Positions 39,230 to 52,007 of a stretch of DNA of 54,046 nt are shown here, piece by piece (the stretch's first letter is position 1; each line of letters starts with the position of its first letter). The notes below the pieces were generated by a model. The model was not told the DNA's origin and did not search any database. It saw nothing but the letters and a program-made list of their open reading frames with translations. Origin of the DNA: Neovahlkampfia damariscottae (taxonomy: Eukaryota). The stretch spans positions 1-54,046 of the forward strand of contig JABLTG010000141.1 of assembly GCA_016618085.1 (NCBI GenBank), given 5' to 3'. The position numbers were made by a program, and so were the translations under genes.

Positions 39230-42229
39230 TGTACTCGAAGCGAATGTTTATTGGTTGATAATTCTATTTATAGTTTCTGGCTATAATTCTCCGGTTCTAC
39301 CGTAACACTAGTATTACGATTTCCACCTCTTGATCAACTGAGAACTGCAAAAAATCATTCAAAAAGATCCTCATAAAATTTATCCAATGCATATTGAAAG
39401 AGTCACTAAAAGTCTTTCAGTTCAACCAGCTCAAAAGAAAAGACTATCAGAAAAATCATTACTCACTCCAAAGAAGAACAAATCTTCAGAAATGAAATTA
39501 GAAAATCCAAAAAGAAAGAAGAGAAAGAAAATGAAACAAATTGTCTTGAATGATGAAGATGAAGAAAGAGATGATGATGAATTAGAAACAGTCGTTGGAA
39601 AAAGTGATCAAGATGATGATTTGGAAGAAGAATCAGATGAAAATGAAGAAGAAGAAGAATTCCAAATCATATCAAATTTCAATCAAGAAAGTGATTCCTT
39701 AAATGTTGATGACACAATCCCAACAAAAGAGAAATCAAATTTCAAATCATCAATGAATCAAAACCGTTCAGAAAGGATAAGGAATCAATTTCAAAAGTTG
39801 TTGAATCATTTCCATCAGAAATGATAAATGAAAGAATGTTCAAACTTTACAAAAACATTTTAGAAGATGAATTTGTTCCTTTACACCATCTTCACTTGTT
39901 TTCTGAACAATTATTTGATAAATTCTTTGAAAAGTTTTCAGGAAGATTTTTACTTCAAATTTCACTTATTCAAATTAGAAGACATTTTCAAGAATATCAC
40001 AACATTCAAACATTCCAACTGAAATTGAAAGAGTTACAAATACACAATTTAGAGATATCAAAGACTATTTTAAGAAGGATATCAATTTGCCACCAATTTA
40101 CATGGAGAATTAAGTGAATGATTATCTAACTCACTTAGATCATTTTCTTAATTTAAATAGATTCAATCCTTCAGAATGAGCTTTCTTTGTCAGCAATTCT
40201 ATTATGAAACAAAAAAAGCTATATTTTAACAAAGAAGATTTAAAATTGTGAATTTACTGAACCACTGTCGGAAGTGAAAGATGAAGTTGAAAAGCTTCTT
40301 AATCCAAAGAATGCAGCTAGTAGAAAAGTTTCAATAATTCAAAACATGAGAGTGAAGAGAAATGAATCATATTCAAGTTATAACAACTGTTGGAGAAATA
40401 CATTGAAAGATTATGGAGCTCCAGATGGTGTATGGTTTAGTGAGATCTATAGAAATTCGCTCCCTGACAAGATGAACAAGAATATTGAATTGTTACAAGC
40501 TACAATGGTTAATGAGAATAAACCATCAGAAGATTTGCCATGCAATTCATTAACCCTTTGTTCAGTTGTCCAAATTTGGTAATTCAATAAATAAATTAGA
40601 AACTGTTTTATTGGTTATTTTCACTTTTTTTTTCTTTACAACATTATGGAAGATGAAAGTGATGAGGATTTTCTTGAAGATTCCGACTTTAGTGATATTG
40701 AAGATGATGATGAGAAAATGAGTTTTTTGAATTAATACCAACTCAAAATAAATCTTCTGATCCAAAAAAAAAAAAAAATTGTAAAAAAAAAAATAATTTA
40801 ACAATGATATAGGATACAGAAATTGTTGAACCTTTAAAATGTGGTAAAAGATGTAAAAAATGTGTTTCTTATATTTGTGCTAGAAGTGGAAAAATGACAT
40901 GAAAAAAGAACAAAGGGTCAAATGCAGAATCAATGCTATTGAATGCTGCACAGTTGCAAATTTAAATTAAGTGATTGAATTTGAAACTCATGAAAAGAAT
41001 AAATATGAAAATTCAACATTAGAACAAACAAATAATCCTTCATCAATATCAAATTCAAAGATGAAGAAAATGCAAAGAAAAATGAAATTTGCTTTTAAGA
41101 ATGAAGTTATGAAAGCTATTAAATTGCAAAAATCAATCTCAAAAAGCAACAAGAAAGATATGTCTAAATATTGTTGGAAGCTCAATTCAAATCTCAAACC
41201 AAAGAGAACGTTCAAATATAAAAAGAAACAATTCAAAAATAATTCAAACAATGTTTTAGGAACAAGGAAAATGAAGAAAATCTATTCAGAAGTTGTTAAG
41301 AAGATGTTTGGAATAATGAAATTCAAATATCAAAATAAATGGAAGAATGTTCATATGCTTCAGAATTGATAGATATATTCGTGGAATATATCAAAGAAAT
41401 TGTAGAGATAGATACAAGGTCTTTCAGAACAGCAATTGATGAGAGCTTTTTCAATGAACATTTGAAAGATTTGCATCATATCAAAGAACAACATGAGAGG
41501 AAAAGGTTGAGGATAAATGGAGAAACAAAGTTGATAAAAACTGTTTGGATTCAACTTAAATTTTTAACTAGGAAAGTTATTAAAACACAATGTTGGATTA
41601 CATCAATGTTGGATACCAAAGTGTAGTTAGGAAGAACTTCCTTAAACAGATTAGGAATATGCTTTCATATGGAATAGCTGAAAAGATGGTTGGAATCATG
41701 TTCAATACTTTGGTTAGACTTGCTGAAGCAAGTAATGATCGAAATCAATGGGATTGGTATTTACCATAACTCAATATTTCTTAAATAATCGAGTTACTGA
41801 AATTACCAACACAACACCATTTGCAATGCTGTTTGAAAGACCAGCAAATCATAGTAAGAATTACAAGGACGAAAAAGTTGAATTAAATAATTTAGAACAA
41901 GAAAAGAAATGGCTGAAACAACTTGAAAATATGTTGCAAAAAGTATGGCCAGGAATTTCAAAAAGAGTTAAAGAATGTTAAGAAATTTAAAAGAAGATCG
42001 TTGAATATTCAAATAATATTGGATTCTTTGAAAGTGGAACTAAAGTGATGTATAGAGATTCAAAACAATTATGTATCATGTTTGGACCTGCTGTTGTAAA
42101 AGCAAACTCTTACAACAAAAGAGTGGATAATTACAATTTGTATGATCCCGAATTTCCTTCTGAATTGATCGCTAAAAATGTTCCTCCATCACATTTGAAA
42201 TTAGTTCATATACCTGAAATTTACTTTAA
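39230..42229 (+). mobile_element. Degenerate Ty3/gypsy-like retrotransposon remnant (gag-like region plus integrase C-terminus)
   Basis: Intronless, fragmented. Gag-like RNESYSSY...YRNSLP (40274-40582). Integrase GIAEKMVG...WDWYLP...LNNRVTEITNTTPFAMLFER and GPY/F-like VMYR...FGPAVV...PSHLK (about 41670-42205). LTR-end-like CGTAACA at 39301-07. No RT/RNase H recognised. Confidence 0.7.
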
Positions 42230-42390
42230 AATTATGATACTTATTGTGAAACAGTTGGTGGTTATTCTGTTAATGGTGAAAAGCTCAAACAATTTGATCA
42301 ACTACCCGAAAACATTCAAGAAGCATGGATTAAGTCAGCACAAAAGGTTTTAGAATTTAATTAAAAAATAAAATATGAATTAATAATATA

Positions 42391-43038
42391 ATGTACACAG
42401 AATTAATTAATAAAATAAAAGAAGAAAACCTCGAAAGAATACACAATGCATTTGAAGAAGTTTGCCTCCTTGGTAATAAAGATGATATAATTGAATTTGT
42501 AAAATCATTTGATATTGATATTAATTATGATGATGGCTATCCTATGGAAAATATTGCATGTAGAAATGACTTAGAATTATTTAAGGTAACAGTCGAACTT
42601 GGCGGTGATGTTAATTTAAATAACAGTAGTAGTTTAAGAATATTTGCAAGTAAAGGAAATTTAGAAGCAGTTAAATATATTATTGAAGAACTGGGTTGTG
42701 ATCATAAGCCAATATGGTACAACTGCATTAACTAATTATGATCATATCAAAGAATATATTTATAGTTTATCAGATGAATATTTAGAAATGAAAAAAGAAG
42801 AAAGAAGAAAACAATTTAATATGGATATATAATAGATCTTAGTTGGTTGCCAGATGAAAAACGATTTTTAATTAAAGAAGAAGAAGGAGGATATGACACA
42901 TCAGATAGTCAAGATATTTATGGTGAAGATGATGAATATTATGGAGATGGTAATGAATTCCAAAGAATATTAGATGAAAATTATGAAGAAAATAAAGAAT
43001 TTTACAAAGAACTTGCTCGAAAATACCCTGTTGAATAA
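42391..43038 (+). pseudogene. Ankyrin-repeat protein with acidic tail, frameshifted
   Basis: GGDVNLNNSSSLRIFASKGNLEAVKYIIE; frame break near 42715; ORF 42847-43038 is the likely continuation. Confidence 0.65.
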
Positions 43039-43074
43039 TAATATTGTTTTCTGTAAACAACATTATGTAAAAAT

Positions 43075-43302
43075 TTAATGAATTTCCCCAAAATCTGCAA
43101 CATTTCTTTGGAGTTTGTTTGTTCTAAGATGTCTATCAAATTTGCATTTAGTAATTTGTGCATCACAGTATGGGCAATGTATTTTTTCAGACATCGCAGC
43201 AATTATTCTTTGTTTATTCTCTAAATAGTAATTTTGATTATATTGTTTTATGTGTTCATTATATTGTTGCGTGGTGCTTATATGGTGTAATATTTTTGGC
43301 AT
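43075..43302 (-). CDS. Small zinc-finger-like protein of the type seen in DNA-virus ORFs
   Basis: YNQNYYLENKQRI...KIHCPYCDAQITKCKFDRHLRTNK. Confidence 0.6.
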   Translation of the reverse strand: MPKILHHISTTQQYNEHIKQYNQNYYLENKQRIIAAMSEKIHCPYCDAQITKCKFDRHLRTNKLQRNVADFGEIH

Positions 43303-43338
43303 TGTTATATAATTAATTTATATAATAATTTCTTAAAC

Positions 43339-43575
43339 CTATTGTTTTTTAAATAGACAATTTTTTAAATCTTTTAAATTTGTTTTCAATCGTTTATTTT
43401 CCTCAATTAATTCTTCTTTTAAATATCCCAAACCTTTAATTTGACCTTTTAAATTATAATTTTCCTTCTTTAAATCAACATATTTTTGCAACAATTCATT
43501 ATATGCAATTTGTAATTCCTCTAATTTTTCCTCACCATTTACTTCTTCATTTTTCATAAATTCTATATAATTCAT
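43339..43575 (-). CDS. Small coiled-coil protein
   Basis: Heptad pattern, ATG with AT-only leader. Confidence 0.55.
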   Translation of the reverse strand: MNYIEFMKNEEVNGEEKLEELQIAYNELLQKYVDLKKENYNLKGQIKGLGYLKEELIEENKRLKTNLKDLKNCLFKKQ

Positions 43576-43838
43576 TTAATAATATTAATTTATATTATTT
43601 AATAATTAAATTTTGCATTAAAATAAAAGTCTTCATATTTTGGTATTACGAAATATACATATTGGTTCACCCAATTATATCGTAAAACATTTCTTTGTCC
43701 ATCGCACTTTTTTTTGTTGAACCAAAAAAATCAAATTGGTTCTCCAATCAAAACACTTTTAAAAATAACTTTACAATCCAATGGGAATAATTATAAAAAC
43801 CTGCGAATTTAGACCAATGAAATTCATTCAGAGTTTTC

Positions 43839-44159
43839 ATGAATAATGAAGCGATCAGACAAGTTTTAGAGAAGTTTGATACCTCTCGCTTTGATCTTAA
43901 GATATTGAATAATGTATTTGCTACTTTCTTGGAAAATGACAAGAAAATAATTAAAACTATTAAAGAAGAAGATTTTAAAAATATAAATGTTGGTAGTAAG
44001 AAGTTCTTCAGTACTTCCTTTATGTATGACGAAAGAACTTGGATGGGAACTGTTGTCAAGGAAAAATGGGTCAATGGCAAAGACCAAAATGAGTGGTTTA
44101 CTTACAGCATAAAATTACCAAATGATGGATACTTTTACAATTATGGGTATTCTACATGA
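43839..44159 (+). CDS. Hypothetical protein in the virus-like segment
   Basis: 106-aa intronless ORF; no motif recognised. Confidence 0.5.
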   Translation: MNNEAIRQVLEKFDTSRFDLKILNNVFATFLENDKKIIKTIKEEDFKNINVGSKKFFSTSFMYDERTWMGTVVKEKWVNGKDQNEWFTYSIKLPNDGYFYNYGYST

Positions 44160-45130
44160 CACGCAGAAACAGAGTAAATTTTAAAGTGGAATGTGAAAAA
44201 CTCCATGTATGCCTTCAAATTACTTTTGAAAATGGATATCCGGAGGAAGATGTTGTCAAAGGATACACTGAAAAAGATTTAAAGGAAATACTCAAGAAAA
44301 AAAAAATTTAATTTTTTTTTTTTTATATTTTTACATTTTATTTTTTATTTTCATATTGGCGAGATAAGTGTAAAAAACTGAAAAGAGAACCAGAGAGAAA
44401 TTTGATATGTATCTGATGTATCTCGAAAATAAATCAATCAGAGAGGCTTTGAATTTTTTGACATTTTTTTTGTTTTTCACCTATATTTCTGTAAAAACAT
44501 AATAGGAGACCCAAGAGTGCCAGCGGTTGTATCTCGGTAAAAAATCAATCAGAATGTCTTTTAAAATTTTCTCAATTTTTGATGTTTTTTATGCCGACTT
44601 GAGAGCTCTGGGCGATAAAAAATAATTTTGTAATTGGTGTATCTCTGCGAAAATGTAATTTTGAGGGCGGGGAAAAAGTATGTTTTTTTGAGGAAACGGT
44701 AAATTTAAGTCGCTGGAGGGTTTGCCAGTGTAAATTATGGGCTAGAGATTTGGGCCTTACCACCTACTTAATAAATACAAGTGAATTTTAACAGATACAA
44801 TAGATAAAATAAATCTTTTCAATTTGGAAGAGATTCCCATATTTTATTACGACAGTCACAAATTTGTCACAAATACACTTGAATTGCATATATGCTTTTA
44901 TTGTTTGAAGGTCTATTGTGAGAACCTTTTCCAACATTCGTCTGTTTTCATCATTATTGACAGATCAAAAATCTAGAAGTCAATGAAATAATTTTTATCC
45001 ATGATTCAACCTTATGTAGTGAATGAATGTTTGAAACCTATTTTATCAGAGAAATACAAAAACTACAGTTTCCTTTAAAACGAATTATTTCATTGGAGGA
45101 AAATAAAAATCGGAGTTTTATTTCAAATTG

Positions 45131-46335
45131 ATGTCAGAAGAAGACAAAACCAGAGTCAACGAAGTTGAAGAAATCCATTCTTCAGAAGATATAACCTCAG
45201 ATAAACAACCATCAAATGAACAAGAACCAGAAGAAACAAAAGAAGAAAAAAATGAAAAAAAATTTTACAATATAAATGAAAACGGACTTCCATTCAAAAA
45301 ACACCTTGGTGAAACAGTTGTTAATCTTTCTGGAATTTCAAAAAGTTATGTTATTAAAGGGCGTACAGAATCAGTTACAGCTTTAAAACAAATTGATTTA
45401 AATGATGAATCGGAGTTTTATAGTATTAAAAAGGGTGAATTTTTAATGATCAGAGGACCTTCAGGAGGTGGAAAAACGTTTTAATTTTATAAAAAATAAC
45501 TAATTTTTTCAAAAAGTACTTTATTGAATATTATTGGAACTATTGATAAACCTTCAACTGGTTCATTGACAATTTTAGGAGATGAAGTTACAAGTAAATC
45601 ATCTGATAATTTCTTGGCTGATTTGAGATTAAAAAAAATTGGTTTTGTTTTTCAAACTTTTAATTTGATTGCTACAATGTCTGCTTTTGAAAATGTTGAA
45701 TTACCAATGACGTTTGAAAAAAAATTTTTTCATTTTTTTCAGACTTTTAGGGAAATTAGGAAGAGCTGAAAGAAAAAAAGAAGCTAAACGTTTGTTGGGT
45801 TTGGTTGGTAAAGTTTTATTTTTTTTTTTCATATTCATTTTAGGTTTGGAAGACAGAATGGCGCATTTACCTTCCGAATTATCAGGTGGTGAACAACAAA
45901 GGGTAATGAAAATAAATTAATTTAACATCTTGAAATAAAGGTGACAATTGCAAGGTTAAAAAAAAAAATGAAATTTAACATCTTCGTACAGAGCGTTATC
46001 CAACAAACCTGAAATTCTTCTTTTAGATGAACCAACTGGTAATTAATCAGTATGCTTAAACTTTTTTTTTTAGGTGATCTTGATACAAAGTAAAAAAGTT
46101 TTTTTTTTTGACAAAATTTAAACAAAGAAATACAATCGAAATTATGGATTTATTGCTCAGAATTAATTTAAAAGAAAGAACTACATGTATTATGGTTACT
46201 CACAATCCAGACATTGAATGTTATGCTGACAGAATTGTTTATGTTTCAGATGGAAAATTTTCAACTCAAATTTTAAATGAAGCCCAAACACCTTTAATTT
46301 TGGAACACTACTTGGAATTCTTAAAAGACAAATAA
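45131..46335 (+). CDS. Stand-alone ABC ATPase, LolD/MacB/AbcH-like (7 introns, microexons)
   Basis: GPSGGGKT, IGFVFQTFNL, PSELSGGEQQRV, LLLDEPTGDLD, MVTHN. Confidence 0.92.
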
Positions 46336-46357
46336 ATTATAACTTAAATTTTTTATT

Positions 46358-47081
46358 TTACAATGTTTCTTCTTCATCAATTTCCAATACTCGTGGTAAT
46401 TGTGAAAAACTGAGTTTCTTAAAACTGAAACTTTTTTTGCTGCTTTGAGATGAAAAACTCGAATTCCTCGATCTAGGAACTGAATGAGTTGTTGTGGAAT
46501 CTTGATCTTGTTCTTTTTTTGCTGACAATATGGCTATAATGTGAAGTAAGTTTTTTCCTGAGTTATTTCGAACTTTTTTCATGTTTGGAAAATTGAGAAA
46601 TGAATTTGTTCTCCGTATTTTATTTGTTTTTGTTGCATCTGGAATAAAAAACTTTTGAAATTCGGTTGAGCATTTGAATCTATCAAAACAATCAACAAAT
46701 AAGTATTCCACCTCAAATTTTATGACTTTGAAGAGGTCTTTTGTTATATCTTGTTGTTTTTTAAGTATTATATTCCTTATTGGTGCTATCTTCTTTTCAG
46801 TGAGGTTTATTTCATATGGTGAGTCCGGTGTAAAAAATTCATTGTACATCTCAAGTGCTCTTTTGATTAAATCTTCTTTTGTTTGCAGTTTTTGAAATAA
46901 CTGCTCTTGTTCTAAGAAATACAAGTTTTCTACGCAACTAAAAAGTCAGTTTGGAATGTGTTTCTTACAATTCTTTCATACAATGATTCCTGAAGAGTTT
47001 TATCAAAGTAGGATGTGCTAAAACTTGATGTATTGTACAATTTGTGAGAGTTGGATGCTTGTTTGAGAGGTTACTTTGCAT
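46358..47081 (-). CDS. RGS-domain protein, paralog 1
   Basis: FRNHCMKE|FCVENLYFL, SPYEINL, DCFDRFK. Confidence 0.85.
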
Positions 47082-47394
47082 TTTTTCGATCTCTAAGTTT
47101 TGGAAAGATACGAGAAAATGATTGGCTAAAATTAAGCTGAATTAAGCAATTAGACGTTTTGGGATATGGAAAAAAGTTTTTTCAAATTAAGTGATTCATA
47201 TTACTTAATTTGGGTCCTTTTCTACACCAAAGAAAAAACATTTCCGAAAATAAGAAAGAGGTTGAGCTATAAGAGGAGGACATCCTTTTGCCCATTTTCC
47301 ATGTTGGAAATTGGTGAAGAATCTGTTCATTTGAAAAAAAATGTATTAAATAATTAGTTGGAAAAATAAAGCCTCGTTTTTGTGCAAGTAAAGT

Positions 47395-48270
47395 TTAGAA
47401 TTCATCATCAACAATGGGAAATTCTTCCTCACTATCTGAATGATCAATTCCTTTCTTGTTCCTGGAGTCATACATTGAATGTTTCTTTTCTAGAGGATGT
47501 TCATCAAATGTCATTCTTGGAAGTTCACTTAAGCTCATTTTCTTGAAACTATGAAATCCTTTTTTATCCTTATGAAATATTTTTGTGTCAGGTACACTTA
47601 AATTAGATTTTAGAGCGAAATCTTTTTTGTCTTTTTTGTCTTTTTCTTTTTGAAAAGAAATATTAGCCACAAATTGAAGCAAAGATCTTCCAGATATTCT
47701 TTTCTCGTTATTTATGGACTTTTTGTTTTTCAATGAGAAGGAGTTCTTTTTTTTCAGTTTTGTTGGTTTGACAAACTGTTGAAAGTCCATTGTATTTTTA
47801 AATCGTTGAAAACTGTCAACTAGCAAATGATCAGCTTCATATTTGATATTTTTGAACAGCTCTTTTGTTACATCAGTGTTTTTTTCAAATAAAACAGTCC
47901 TTATGGGAGATATTTTCTTTTCTGTAATGTTCAGTTGATAAGGAGCGTCATGCACTAAAAATTCTTCGTATATGTCCATTGCCTTCAGTTTTAATTCTTT
48001 TTTATCTTCTATTTTACAAAACTTTGATTCTTTTACTAAGAACAATAAGTTTTCCACACATCTAAAAAAGTTAATTTTCGTTTTTTTTACAGTTCTTTCA
48101 TACAGTGGCACTCAAACATCGCAAGAAGAACTGCATCTTGTAGTATATGGTTTAAAGTATATTGTGTTGGACTGGTGGGTCTCTGTAAGCTTTCATCGTT
48201 CTCCATGCTCCTCATGAATTTTGTTTTTTTCTCAGTTCGACTCTACAAGCAATTTGATTGGTTCAGACAT
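47395..48270 (-). CDS. RGS-domain protein, paralog 2
   Basis: FECHCMKE|LCVENLLFL, APYQLNI, DSFQRFK; same intron position as paralog 1. Confidence 0.85.
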
Positions 48271-48804
48271 TTTAAATATGGCAGGTGAAACTTCCACTAT
48301 TGTCTTTTCATTCGTTTTTGGGTTTTTGACGATCAAATTTGGAATATATTCCCCGGAATTCCAGAAATTGCAATACAATGAATGGGAAGTTATTTTTCTT
48401 TATTTTTGCGTTGAACCACAGTTTTTGCAGAAAAATTTGTATTGGACAATTCGAGTTATAAGTATCTACACATCAATCACTTTTTCTCCACTTACGTATT
48501 TTTCCATTTTGTTTTGGTTATGAATTTGAATATTTACTTCTTGATTTAGTTCAAATTTCATGGGAAAATTCAATGGTCAATGTTTCCTTCTTTCCAGATC
48601 GATTTCTGTAAATTCCAGAATAAACTAATCACTCAATTCATCAAATTTAGCACAAAGAAGATGAATACTTCAATTATTTTGCTCTTTTGAAACTCAGACA
48701 AATTTGAATTAGAAAGTATTCCATTGCAAACAAATTCCTTTGTTGTTAGGTTTTATTTTAAACCTCAATTTTTCATCCAATCAACAACAACATTGGTTCT
48801 GTCA

Positions 48805-49396
48805 ATGAGTGGATCAGATTCACTACCTCTTCTTCAAGAACAAAATATTCCAAAAGTGAAAGTAGAACAACCTTCTAATCTTCCACTGAATTACCAACAT
48901 CAACAACAAACACAAGAAAAATGGAACAACCAAAAAAAACAACCAAATTTCCAACCAAATTATCAACAACCACAACCACAAATTTATCAACAACAAGGTG
49001 GTTATCCTCAACCACAAATTTATCAACAAAGTTATCAACAAGGTGGTTATCAACAACCAACATATAACCAAGGATATGGTCAACAAGGAGTGTATCAACA
49101 ACCAATGTACTACTCTTCAGCTATACAGTAATATTAATTGCATACTAATTTCAAAAGATGCTCAAATTGTGGTTTTGTTGGAGCACCAATAGAAGAAGGA
49201 GATGAAAGTAGTATTATTCTACTCGTACTTCTTCTTGTGTTCTTGCTTTTTATTCCATTTGTTGGTATAATCTTTTATTTATTTTAATTTGAAAGGTTGG
49301 TTGATTATTTTCTTAGTTTTAATTCTTGGGGTGTTTCTTATTGCTGGATCAAAAAAAAAACTTAAATGTAGACAATGTGGTAATCCATTTCATTAA
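48805..49396 (+). CDS. LITAF-like protein with Q/Y/P-rich N-terminus (2 introns)
   Basis: CSNCG...hydrophobic stretch...CRQCG; QPQIYQQ repeats. Confidence 0.7.
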
Positions 49397-49645
49397 TGAA
49401 AAAGAATAAAATTTTAATTCAAATTTTCTTCAAAATTCAGTTTGGGAGTTTTCTTTCTGACATGAAAAATGATGCATATTCAACCAATAAAAATAAATTA
49501 TTATAAATTGAAAAAATATTCATTTTAAACAAATAAGTTCAATTTAGTTCATGAAATAATTTTTATTCCGAAAACAATATAATTGGTCAAAATCAACGAA
49601 TAAAATCGTCTTTTGATAAATTCGAAGCTAAACCAAAACAACAAA

Positions 49646-50777
49646 ATGAGTGTAAGAAGAAACCTTTCCATTAAAATATTCCAAGACTTTATACGTCTTA
49701 AAAACTAAAGAAGGAGAAAAAGGATCACCTTATGATTCTCTTGTTAAACTTGCTGCTCTTTACGGAAACGTAAATGTTGAAATCAAAGAAACTGAAAAAG
49801 AATTCAGACAAACTGATGAATACAAAAAAATCCACCCACATGGATCATGCCCAGCTTTACAAACAAAACAAGGATCACTTTTTGAAAGTCAAGCTATTGC
49901 TAAATTCTTAGTTGAAAAAGACTCAAAATTAAGAGGAACTGGATTCCATGCTGCTCAAGTTGATCAACTCATTGACTTTTTTGTTGGTGCAACATCAGAT
50001 GCTGCTCACAGAGTTATTGTAGACCTTCATCACGGAAATAAACCAAACAAAGCTGATTTGAAACTCGCTACACCACAATTTGAAAAAGTTACTGGATTTT
50101 TAAATTCACTTCTTGTTGAAAACACATTTTTATTAGGACACTATATTACACTTGCTGATATTGCTATTGCTAATGCAATGGTTGTTCTCTTTGAAAAACA
50201 TTTTGAACCTGAATTTTTAGATACAGTTAAATCACTCAGAAGATGGTTCAAAACTATGGCTGCACAACCACACTTCAAAACAGTTCTTGGTGAAATTAAA
50301 CTCAAAGAAAAAAAAACAAAAACTATTGACTCTAAATTTAACTTAGAAGAATGGAAAAGAATCTACATGAACAGTAAACCAGAAGAAGCTATTGAATACT
50401 TCTGGAAAAATTTAGACCCTAGAGCAAATTCAGTTTGGGTTGCTGACTACAAATATTCATCTGATTTTACTGAAGATCCATTATACAAAACTGCAAATTT
50501 AATGTCAGGACAATCACAAAGAGCACAACCATTTGCTAAATTTACTTTCGGTATTTTAACAATTGTTGGTGAAGATCCAGGTCAAAAACACATTAAATGT
50601 TGTTGGGTTTATGAAAGTACAAAATTCCCAGAACAAATTCAAAAAGAATCAATCGATTATGATATGTTTGACTGGAAAAGAGCTGACTGGAAAAAAGATA
50701 AAGAACTTATTGATTCATTCTTAACTGCTGAAGTTATTGAAGGAAAAAAAGTTTTAGAATGCAAAGTTTTCAGATAA
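49646..50777 (+). CDS. EEF1G: Elongation factor 1B gamma
   Basis: GST-like N-domain (LFESQAIAKF, ITLADI, RWFKT) plus FNLEEWKRIYMN...YFW...KVFR C-domain. Confidence 0.9.
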
Positions 50778-50869
50778 ATAAAAACATCTTTTTGAAATTG
50801 TTAAATTATCTTTTTTGTTTTGGTTTTTTGGTTTGGGTATAAGACTGAAGAAAAAAATTATTTTATTTT

Positions 50870-51796
50870 TTACTTTTCAAAATCTAAATCTAAATAAATA
50901 GGACAATGATCTGAACCTGTAATATCTTTTAAAATACCAGAATCATCCATAAACTTTTCAATATTTTGTGAAATTAAAAAATAATCTAATCTCCATCCAT
51001 TATTCTTTTCCTTTGCTTGAAATTTATAACTCCAACTAAATAGATAAAAATATTAATATAAAAAAAAAAACTAAGTGAATAATTTCTCTTCATTTGGATG
51101 ATATTTTCTAAATGTATCAACAAAACCTGAATCTAATACTTTTTGAAATTCTTTTCTTTCTTTTTTAGTAAACCCAGCTGATTTATTTGTTTTTGGATTA
51201 TGAACATCAATATCTAAAATAGCACAATTCAAATCACCAGTCCAAACAACAGGTTTATCTTCTTCAAGTTTCTTTAAATAATCCAACATATCTGGGTCCC
51301 ATTCTTCAGTTCTATATTTCAATCTTTCTAATTTTTGACCAGCATTTGGTACATAAGTACAAACAAGAAAAAATTTTTCATACTCAACTGTAATGAGTCT
51401 ACCTTCATCATCATGTTTTTCAATACCCATTCCAAATGTAACTTTAACAGGTTTATAATCATTTAATGTATAAACACAAGTTCCAGAATATCCTTTTTTT
51501 GCTCTACAGTAATTAAAGTGTCCTGTGTATCCAGTTAAAAGTTCAGTGTATTTTTTTTCATCTTTGTTTAATTTTATTTCTTGTAAGCAAAGAGCAATAG
51601 GTTTATGTGTTGATATTAAACCTTTAATATTTTCACCATTGTCTTTCTTTTGAGTGTTAATTTTTTTTTTTTTTTTTACTTTGAGAAGAGCATTGAAACC
51701 ATTGACATTCCAGTTGATAATTTTTATTGGATCTGATGTTTTTGTTATTTTGGTTGTGTTTTCTTCTTTGTCTTCTTCTTCAAGTTTTCTTTTCAT
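50870..51796 (-). CDS. APEX1: AP endonuclease APE1/ExoIII (2 introns)
   Basis: WNVNG, LQEIK, GYSG, EGRLIT, YVPN, GDLN, GWRLDY, GSDHCP. Confidence 0.95.
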
Positions 51797-52007
51797 TGTT
51801 GAGAACAGTTTTTGTTGTAGTTGACCAATAACAAAAAAGTTTTTTAATTTTCCCGGTTTAAGACGAACTTTGAAACAAAATAAGGAAACCATTTCTATGA
51901 GGTGATTGGATTAAATGAACAAATAAAGAGTCTTCATTTTTTTTTTCTTGTTGATACTGGAACTGATCCAATAGTTCCTTTTTCTTCATCTTGCTTGTTC
52001 CTTTGTT

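Larger units (their letters stand above)
42230..44768. mobile_element. Virus-like segment, probably the terminal arm of a Polinton/virophage-like element
   Basis: Short, tightly packed intronless ORFs with TAAT/TATA-rich leaders; about 430-bp GC-richer end with internal repeats, terminating ...CACCTACT (reverse complement AGTAGGTG). Confidence 0.5.

Noticed and set aside
43641..43651. TGGTATTACGA matching the PBS-like string at 39309 as evidence of a second LTR
   Set aside because: Flanks share no LTR similarity; a short AT-rich match.
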